Shown here: positions 1 to 5,981 of the stretch, one piece after another
How positions within the stretch are numbered: the first letter of the stretch is position 1
Layout of the letters: each line of letters begins with the position of its first letter
Assembly: GCA_030017615.1 (NCBI GenBank)
Contig: JASEIG010000003.1
Span: forward strand, 1-60,772
Length of the DNA: 60,772 nucleotides
Direction of reading: 5' to 3'
Source: Patescibacteria group bacterium
Lineage (GTDB): Bacteria > Patescibacteriota > Minisyncoccia > UBA6257 > UBA9933
The notes under the pieces: model-generated
What the model was told of the DNA's origin: nothing
Database searches by the model: none
Seen by the model: the letters and a program-made list of their open reading frames with translations, nothing else
Translations under genes and position numbers: made by a program

Positions 1-125
1 CTACGGCTCGGGCGTGGCGGAATTCCTCCCCCCAACCCCCTCCTTCCGTCACGCCCTCGCTCGAACTGCCCTTTTTTTCGGCGGAATTGGAGGCCGTGCC
101 AATTTCATTGGCGCGCCGCCTCAAA
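1..125 (+). repeat. GC-rich structured element, partial copy related to the 5' half of the element at 23262-23442
   Basis: GC-rich island in an AT-rich genome. cggcgg(79-84)...cgccgcc(114-120) encloses an inner hairpin ggc-cgt-gcc, the same architecture as gcggcg-gaatgt-ggcg-tgt-cgcc-...-cgccgc at 23299-23340. Also carries ggaattcct..ccccaaccc, which recurs at 5591-5625. Confidence 0.4.
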
Positions 126-128
126 ATT

Positions 129-1787
129 TTATAATTTTTTCTGCGAATTATCAAGACGCGAAAAAAGATGCGATAACAAACTTAAAGCGTCGAGACAGTC
201 TTTTTCCGTAAATAAACCAGAATCTCTCAAATCGGCAACCTCCTCGTGGTTCACGGAGTTTCTGCAACCGGAAACAACGCCCATGGATAAAAATTTTTGT
301 CCTTCTTCAATGTTGTTTATTGTGGTTGCTTGAAAATTACCACCATCGGGTTTTTTGAAGTTTTGCGCAACCTGCAACAATGTCGCGCTCGTTCCGTTGC
401 CGAAAACCTCGCCCATCATACTTGCTTCACTCGTGTTGACACTTCCCGATTTGGTCTTCACCGCATTGATATATCTTTTCGCCGCTTCTTGAAAAGCTCT
501 GTAATAATCACGCTTTTGATAATCCGCTTCCGAAGCCGTTTTTATTTCTTGGTGTAGATGTCTCCAATGATATTTTGGATATTCCGGCACGATCTCATGG
601 ATTTTTTTAACGGCTTCTTGATGTGTTTCTTCCGGCAATTCTGAATCTTTCATGATTGTTTTGATAACCGGCTCAATTTTTGTCCGGATATCTTCCGGCA
701 ACTTACTAAACCAATCTGGAATATTGATATCCGTAACCTCGCTTAATTTTTTCTCTCTCATCTCATCTCTTTTCTTGCGCCAATCCCTTTCAAGCCAATT
801 AATCAGGCCGCGCAAATGTGTCCGCAACTTTTGCATTTCTTCGTGCCCCCAATTTAAAGATTGTCTGTTGGTAGCGATGACATCATCATCGAGTTCGTCT
901 ATAAAATCAACTTCAAGCCACCCGGTTAGATAAGAGAAAAAGTGGCTTGATGTGCTGTCCGAGAAATATTCGGGCAAATTCACCAACTTTTTTCTTGAAA
1001 ACAAAATAATTCCGCGCATGTTGGTATTGGGCGGTATAGGTTTCTTTGCCGCCATCAAATGTCCGACGATTTGATTCGTCTTATCGTAGTCGTCGGAATA
1101 TTCGGAATCGTCGGGAATTTTCCATTCAACCTCTTTTTCCAAACCAGCGTATCGTCTTTCGTTGGAAACAATAATCGGCTTATCGGAATTATGTTTTACT
1201 AAAACTTCAAAACCGGAATCGATGATAAACATTTTTGAAAGATTGTTCGCAAGGTTTTCGGGAGAAAAATCGCTTTCTCTTTGTATTTTTTTTAAAATTA
1301 TTTTGGTCCCGTGTTCGTCCGCCGAACAATTTTTGTCTTTCTTGATAATTTGCGGTTTATAATCTTTCTTGCTCGTTTTTATGTCTTCCCATTTCATCGC
1401 AAACGAGTTTTCTTTTCCGTCTTTTTTTGTGGCAATTTCAATTTCATGAGCGATACCGAAAAACGACAATTTGCCCAATCCTTTTTTACCGATTATTTTT
1501 CTGCCCTTAAGCGTGGTTTCCAATTTGTCTTCGGCTCTGCGATTTCTTCCAATTCTGAGAAATTTGTCGTTGATCTCGTCAAACGACATGCCCATTCCGT
1601 CGTCCTCGATCATTATTTCCTTTTCGGTTGCCGAGTCGTTTAATGTCAAAACAACATGTTCCGCGTCAGCGTCGTGCGCATTGCCTATCAATTCCGTTAA
1701 TACCGGCGGCAAAGTCGAATACATGCGGACACCGAGGTGTTCTATCGTATTCGGGTCAAATGTCATTTTTAATTCTTTTTGCGGCAT
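129..1787 (-). CDS. GHKL (HATPase_c_3 / MORC-like) ATPase fused to a C-terminal Ymh/TIGR02391-type HEPN domain
   Basis: Bergerat-fold motifs ELIGNAHDA (N box), DDGMGM (G1) and GKKGLGKLSFFG (G2). The C-terminal ~120 aa end in GVVSGCRNSVNHEE (Rx4H HEPN motif) followed by a helical tail. Last gene of the R-M operon, 14 nt after the MTase gene. Confidence 0.75.
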   Translation of the reverse strand: MPQKELKMTFDPNTIEHLGVRMYSTLPPVLTELIGNAHDADAEHVVLTLNDSATEKEIMIEDDGMGMSFDEINDKFLRIGRNRRAEDKLETTLKGRKIIGKKGLGKLSFFGIAHEIEIATKKDGKENSFAMKWEDIKTSKKDYKPQIIKKDKNCSADEHGTKIILKKIQRESDFSPENLANNLSKMFIIDSGFEVLVKHNSDKPIIVSNERRYAGLEKEVEWKIPDDSEYSDDYDKTNQIVGHLMAAKKPIPPNTNMRGIILFSRKKLVNLPEYFSDSTSSHFFSYLTGWLEVDFIDELDDDVIATNRQSLNWGHEEMQKLRTHLRGLINWLERDWRKKRDEMREKKLSEVTDINIPDWFSKLPEDIRTKIEPVIKTIMKDSELPEETHQEAVKKIHEIVPEYPKYHWRHLHQEIKTASEADYQKRDYYRAFQEAAKRYINAVKTKSGSVNTSEASMMGEVFGNGTSATLLQVAQNFKKPDGGNFQATTINNIEEGQKFLSMGVVSGCRNSVNHEEVADLRDSGLFTEKDCLDALSLLSHLFSRLDNSQKKL

Positions 1788-1801
1788 AGTTAAAATTATA
1801 T

Positions 1802-2848
1802 TTATTTGGCGAACATTACTATTTGCTTGCCGATTATTTTGGCAAACTTCGGAGGCACAGCGTTTCCTATCATTTTTGCAATGGAGGCCACGCTCGTGCC
1901 GATAAATTCGTAATTTTCAGGAAAAGTTTGCAAAGTCGCTCCTTCTCGCAAAGAAATCGCCCTGTTTTCCTCTGGATGAGCAAAGCGCCCGTTACTAATG
2001 CTGAAAAATTTTGTGGTGATTGTCGGAGATGGTTTGTCCCACCACATGCGTCCGTAAGTATCATAAAATTTTTTCTCGCCGGAAGCGTAGCAGGCCAATT
2101 GAAGAGTTTTTCTATTTTGCCAGCTCGATCTGTTTCCGCCGTTTTTTTCAGTCATTTGCAACCGCTCCAAATTTTTTTTGCTTAAGTTCGAAGCGGTGTG
2201 CAAAAATTTCGTTTTATCTTTGACACCGGCTTTTATCTTTGGAAATCCGTTTTTTATTCCAAGCACATCTCTGACGGTAATTTTTTTACCGGTTGGTTCA
2301 GGCAAAGAAATCCCCGAAACACGCGAAGCCAACAATGTAAAACGTCTTCTCCTTTGAGGCACGCCGTATAAAGACATATCCGTAACGCCATGCGCTACAT
2401 TATATCCGAACGATTCCAGAGCAACGATGAAATTTCCCATTGGACTTTCTTTTTTTGAAGATATGCCGGGCACGTTTTCCACCACAACAAAGCCCGGCCT
2501 GAAATATTCGACAAACTTTTGAAAATCCAGAATCAAATTTTTTGTTTTCCTTGATTTTTCTTTGCTTGTTCGGATAATGCTCCAAAATTGACAGGGAGCG
2601 CAACCAGCAAAAATCATATTGTCGTCGTTTTTTTTGATATTCAAATCACGCTTCAAATCGTCTGGCGAATATTTTGTTATGTCTTTTTTTAGAAAAATCG
2701 CTCCTCTATTGTTTTTTTCAAAAGTTTCTTTGCACGAGCCGTCGTTATCAATGCCGACCAATACCGAAATACCGGCAGCCATAAGGCCGTTAGTAAGCCC
2801 GCCTGCACCGGAAAAAAAATCTATGGCTTTGAGACGATTTCTTATCAT
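1802..2848 (-). CDS. DNA (cytosine-5)-methyltransferase
   Basis: Motif I DFFSGAGGLTNG, motif IV GCAPCQFWS, motif VI ENV, motif VIII QRRRRF, motif X GNAVPP. Confidence 0.9.
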   Translation of the reverse strand: MIRNRLKAIDFFSGAGGLTNGLMAAGISVLVGIDNDGSCKETFEKNNRGAIFLKKDITKYSPDDLKRDLNIKKNDDNMIFAGCAPCQFWSIIRTSKEKSRKTKNLILDFQKFVEYFRPGFVVVENVPGISSKKESPMGNFIVALESFGYNVAHGVTDMSLYGVPQRRRRFTLLASRVSGISLPEPTGKKITVRDVLGIKNGFPKIKAGVKDKTKFLHTASNLSKKNLERLQMTEKNGGNRSSWQNRKTLQLACYASGEKKFYDTYGRMWWDKPSPTITTKFFSISNGRFAHPEENRAISLREGATLQTFPENYEFIGTSVASIAKMIGNAVPPKFAKIIGKQIVMFAK

Positions 2849-2858
2849 ATACTTTTTA

Positions 2859-3254
2859 TTATTTTATTCGTTGAAAATCAAATTTAAAATCTTTTTTCTT
2901 TAAGTCGTGTTCCCAAATTCTTATGATTTTCCAATTCATTTTTTTGTAATGTCGATTGACCAATTTGTCCCGCTGCTTATTACCATCTATTTTCGCTTTC
3001 CAAAACTTCTGTCTTGTCGCGGGGAAACGGCAATGTTTCTTGCAACCGTGCCAAAAACAGGAATCAATAAAAATTACAGTTTCATGTTTTTTCAAAACAA
3101 CATCCGGTTTGCCAAAATATTTTGTTGGATTTTTTCTGTACCTAAATCCTTTTTGCCACAACTCTTTCCTAAATGCGATTTCTATTTTTGTGTCTTTACT
3201 TCTAACGGCACTCATTATTTCGCTTCGTTTCTTTTTAGTAAAAACATCCGTCAT
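2859..3254 (-). CDS. vsr: Very short patch repair endonuclease (T:G mismatch endonuclease)
   Basis: KKKRSEIMSAVRSKDTKIE...GKPDVV...IFIDSCFWHGC...ATRQKFWKAKI..N..RD, collinear with the Vsr family. Lies between two C5-MTase genes. Confidence 0.85.
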   Translation of the reverse strand: MTDVFTKKKRSEIMSAVRSKDTKIEIAFRKELWQKGFRYRKNPTKYFGKPDVVLKKHETVIFIDSCFWHGCKKHCRFPATRQKFWKAKIDGNKQRDKLVNRHYKKMNWKIIRIWEHDLKKKDFKFDFQRIK

Positions 3255-3258
3255 AAGT

Positions 3259-4215
3259 TTAAAATTTCAATGATTGTTGAACGGTCGGCCCGTTGAAAGC
3301 AATCATTTTCCCGGATTGTTTATCGTTTGTATATTCCGCAATACATCTCGCAACGAATTCCGCTAATTTTACCGGCACGGCATTGCCGATCATTTGTTCT
3401 AAATCGGTCTTTTTGCCTTCCCAAACGAACTTTTTTGGAAATGTTTGCACCATTGCTCTTTCCATGGTGGTAAGAGGTCGAACTTTTCCATTGATTGGAG
3501 ACGAATCATTTGCATGTCCATTATAACCTTTTGGGATTGGTCTATTAACCCCCCTTATAGTCGGACTTGGTTCGTCTACGCTGAAAATCGCTCTACGACT
3601 ATAATTTCTTGGATGTCTGTAATAATGCTCGGTATCAAGGGTGTTGCCAAAATAATCCCTGACGGTCATAGGTTTTTCTGATTTATTTTTTTGAAAATAA
3701 TATTCTAAAATATGATCTTCGCCACCCAGCTCTCCGAACATAATAAATCTTTTTCTTGCTTGAGGAACACCGCAATAACTCGCTTCCAGTATTTGATAAG
3801 ATAATCCGTAGCCGGAATCTTTGAAAATTTTTACCGCCTCTTTCAATCTGCGACTTTTGACAATGCGGCCAACATTTTCCATTAAAAAAAACTTTGGCTT
3901 CACTTTTGATATTATTTGAGCATACGCCACAGTTAAATCAGCTCTTCCCAATTCCTCATTTCTTTTACCGGCACTTGAAAAATCTTGGCAAGGCGGCCCA
4001 CCAATGATTATGTCTGGTTTGTATTCGGCGATTTTTTTATGGCTTCTGATGTCGCTTAAGTCCAAATTGATAACATCGTGATCAAAATTTTTTTTGTAGA
4101 TATTTATAGTCGGTTCCCAATTATCAAAAGCTGCAACCACGGAATAACCCGCCTGCATAAAGCCGAGCGAAAGACCGCCGCAACCAGAAAATAAATCTAC
4201 AACTTTGTATTTCAT
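3259..4215 (-). CDS. DNA (cytosine-5)-methyltransferase (second copy, divergent)
   Basis: Motif I DLFSGCGGLSLG, motif IV GGPPCQDFSSAG, ENV, QARKRFI, GNAVPVKL. Confidence 0.9.
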   Translation of the reverse strand: MKYKVVDLFSGCGGLSLGFMQAGYSVVAAFDNWEPTINIYKKNFDHDVINLDLSDIRSHKKIAEYKPDIIIGGPPCQDFSSAGKRNEELGRADLTVAYAQIISKVKPKFFLMENVGRIVKSRRLKEAVKIFKDSGYGLSYQILEASYCGVPQARKRFIMFGELGGEDHILEYYFQKNKSEKPMTVRDYFGNTLDTEHYYRHPRNYSRRAIFSVDEPSPTIRGVNRPIPKGYNGHANDSSPINGKVRPLTTMERAMVQTFPKKFVWEGKKTDLEQMIGNAVPVKLAEFVARCIAEYTNDKQSGKMIAFNGPTVQQSLKF

Positions 4216-4223
4216 AAACTTAT

Positions 4224-5288
4224 TTAATCAAATAACCCTGGCGTGCCCAAAATTACGGAATCAAGTCGCCTTTCTGGGCTAAGCAGATTTTGGCCGCCGC
4301 CAAGAATAATGTTTTTGACCTCTTGTTTTTTAATCCTTGGCATCGTTAATTCTTTACATTTCATAAACGGATAAGACACTCGACCGCTGACAGCAAAGGC
4401 TTTATCATTTTTGGTATTATATGAAAGCTCGTCAATAACTTTTTTATGGTTGACTTTGCCGTCACTAGAGTGATCCAAAAGCATTTTGGCAAGCCAAACG
4501 ACGGATCTTGTTTGTCTGGTTATTTTGTCGTTATCTTTTCTAAGTTCGCCCTTAACAACTTTCAAGAATAATTGCGCGAAAGCAAAATCAGACCAAATAA
4601 AAACATCAAATGCGTTGTCGCTTAACATTTGCGATTTGCCGTTTGTTTTCCAAATAGGTTGTAAAATCAATGGAGTTTGTTTTTCCAATCTGTCGGACAA
4701 AATTTTATCTATCAGTTGGCCCATTAAAGGCAAATATGGAACGATATTTGCCCCGTGCGTCCAATCGGATATTTTGTTAAGCGGTTTTAAGATGTTTTTG
4801 AAAAATTTTCTGTCTTCTTCCAATGACAAGATAATACTCAAGGCCATATAAACTATGGTGTCGGGGCGAACAACGATTTCACAGCCAAATTTATCGTCGG
4901 TTAAACGGCAAGTTGAATTATCAGGCAAAGCAGTCAATTTTATTTCTATCCCTTTAAGACAATTTCCGTTTTTCGAGTTTATCGTTACCAAATCTATCCT
5001 GGGCAAATTATTTACAACAAGTTTTTGAAACGGCGAATAATCACTTTCAAACGAGAAAAATAAATTTGGATCGTCATATTTTAATCCCAGCAATTCATTT
5101 GGATCCAAATAATCATGCAACACTTCCGAGCTTCCGTTTAATTTAAGATATTTCAATTTCAGATTTCTGCTCGCCATATAACAAACAAGCGAAGCGGGAA
5201 AAGACGAATTAAATTGATTCTTTCCCCATGTTTCTTTTTGGGTAAAATCTCGGTTTGAATTTGTTATTCCAAATAAACTTGGTTTCAT
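4224..5288 (-). CDS. Putative type II restriction endonuclease (PD-(D/E)xK); family not identifiable by eye
   Basis: Sits between the C-protein-like HTH gene and the MTase genes. Candidate catalytic motif PRIDLV-x13-EIKL (D...ExK). No other recognisable domain. Confidence 0.5.
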   Translation of the reverse strand: MKPSLFGITNSNRDFTQKETWGKNQFNSSFPASLVCYMASRNLKLKYLKLNGSSEVLHDYLDPNELLGLKYDDPNLFFSFESDYSPFQKLVVNNLPRIDLVTINSKNGNCLKGIEIKLTALPDNSTCRLTDDKFGCEIVVRPDTIVYMALSIILSLEEDRKFFKNILKPLNKISDWTHGANIVPYLPLMGQLIDKILSDRLEKQTPLILQPIWKTNGKSQMLSDNAFDVFIWSDFAFAQLFLKVVKGELRKDNDKITRQTRSVVWLAKMLLDHSSDGKVNHKKVIDELSYNTKNDKAFAVSGRVSYPFMKCKELTMPRIKKQEVKNIILGGGQNLLSPERRLDSVILGTPGLFD

Positions 5289-5292
5289 AAAA

Positions 5293-5487
5293 TTATTTTA
5301 TTAAATCTTCAATGGGAACATTTAACGCCTTGGCGATTTTTTTAAGCGTATCGACTGTCGGGTTCTGCTGTTTGCCCGCCTCTATATTGATTATCGTATT
5401 ATTGGAAACATCGGCAAGCCGCGCCAGTTTTTCCTGCGACAAGCCCAGTTTTTCTCTTAATCGCTTTATTTTACTTGACTCTACCAT
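5293..5487 (-). CDS. XRE-family HTH protein (R-M controller / C-protein-like)
   Basis: 64 aa. LGLSQEKLARLADVSNNTIINIEAG is a classic HTH_3 pattern. First gene of the R-M operon, 4 nt upstream of the REase candidate. Confidence 0.75.
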   Translation of the reverse strand: MVESSKIKRLREKLGLSQEKLARLADVSNNTIINIEAGKQQNPTVDTLKKIAKALNVPIEDLIK

Positions 5488-5505
5488 ATTTGAATAGTAA
5501 TATTA

Positions 5506-5520
5506 AATTGTGGTATAATT
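5506..5520 (+). promoter_or_regulatory. Extended -10 promoter AATTGTGGTATAATT, half of an inverted repeat with 5542-5555
   Basis: 15-mer identical to the one 8 nt upstream of eno (49698-49712). ATTGTGGT (5507-5514) is mirrored by ACCACAAT (5542-5549), giving face-to-face promoter-like or operator-like sites between the two HTH genes. Confidence 0.4.
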
Positions 5521-5586
5521 AGTATATGTTCAAACTTCGCAACCACAATATAATATTACCAAAATATTTGGAAATAGTAAAGAAAA

Positions 5587-5654
5587 AAGGGAGTTCCTTG
5601 TCGTTGCCCTTGCCCCAACCCACCCGTGCGCGGGCAACGACAAGGAATTCCCTT
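5587..5654. repeat. 23-bp stem hairpin (1 mismatch, 22-nt GC-rich loop), related to the GC-rich repeat family
   Basis: aagggagttccttgtcgttgccc (5587-5609) pairs with gggcaacgacaaggaattccctt (5632-5654). The left arm cttgtcgttgccc resembles cttgccgttgcgc at 23277-23289. Confidence 0.6.
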
Positions 5655-5761
5655 TTGCTTGAATAAGTATTTTGAAATTTAGTATTATTGTAATTGATGA
5701 AAGGTAAAAGATACTTTTTAACCTATACAATATAGTATAATAGTATATCCTGTTATAGGCT

Positions 5762-5977
5762 ATGTCAAATAATAATCCCCAGTCAAAAATCGGAAAAAAC
5801 ATTAAGAAATTGCGCCAAGATGAGGGCATCTCACAAGATCGCTTGTCCAAGCTGGCTGATTTGTCGCTTAATACCGTTGTTGCGGTAGAATCGGGCGTAA
5901 ACCCAAATCCTACCATTAAAACACTGACCAAAATTGCCAAAGCGTTAGAAGTCGGCGTTGATGATTTGATCAAATAA
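5762..5977 (+). CDS. XRE-family HTH protein, paralogue of 5293-5487
   Basis: 71 aa, ISQDRLSKLADLSLNTVVAVESG. The C-terminal half aligns with the other HTH (NPT(V/I).TL.KIAKAL.V...DLIK). Stop codon lies 4 nt before the P-type ATPase start. Confidence 0.75.
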   Translation: MSNNNPQSKIGKNIKKLRQDEGISQDRLSKLADLSLNTVVAVESGVNPNPTIKTLTKIAKALEVGVDDLIK

Positions 5978-5981
5978 TTTT

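Larger units (their letters stand above)
129..5654 (-). mobile_element. Putative horizontally acquired R-M/defence island. No integrase or transposase is visible in the window.
   Basis: Six co-oriented accessory genes with 4-14 nt gaps. The block is bracketed by GC-rich repeat fragments (1-125 and 5587-5654) sharing GGA(A/G)TTCCT...CCCCAACCC in direct orientation. The rest of the window is core housekeeping. Confidence 0.4.

Noticed and set aside
14-211. 65-aa plus-strand ORF at the window start
   Set aside because: It lies in the GC-rich repeat fragment, where stop codons are rare. It has no RBS, overlaps the 3' end of the GHKL-HEPN gene, and its sequence is low-complexity.
129-5654. Integrase, transposase or recombinase that would make the R-M island a defined mobile element
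   Set aside because: None of the six island ORFs, nor the flanking ORFs in the window, shows recombinase motifs. Mobility is inferred only from the flanking repeats, and the left boundary may lie outside the window.
5530-5973. 147-aa minus-strand ORF spanning the HTH intergenic region
   Set aside because: It is antisense to the well-supported XRE gene at 5762-5977 and runs through the hairpin and promoter region. It has low-complexity, non-protein-like composition.
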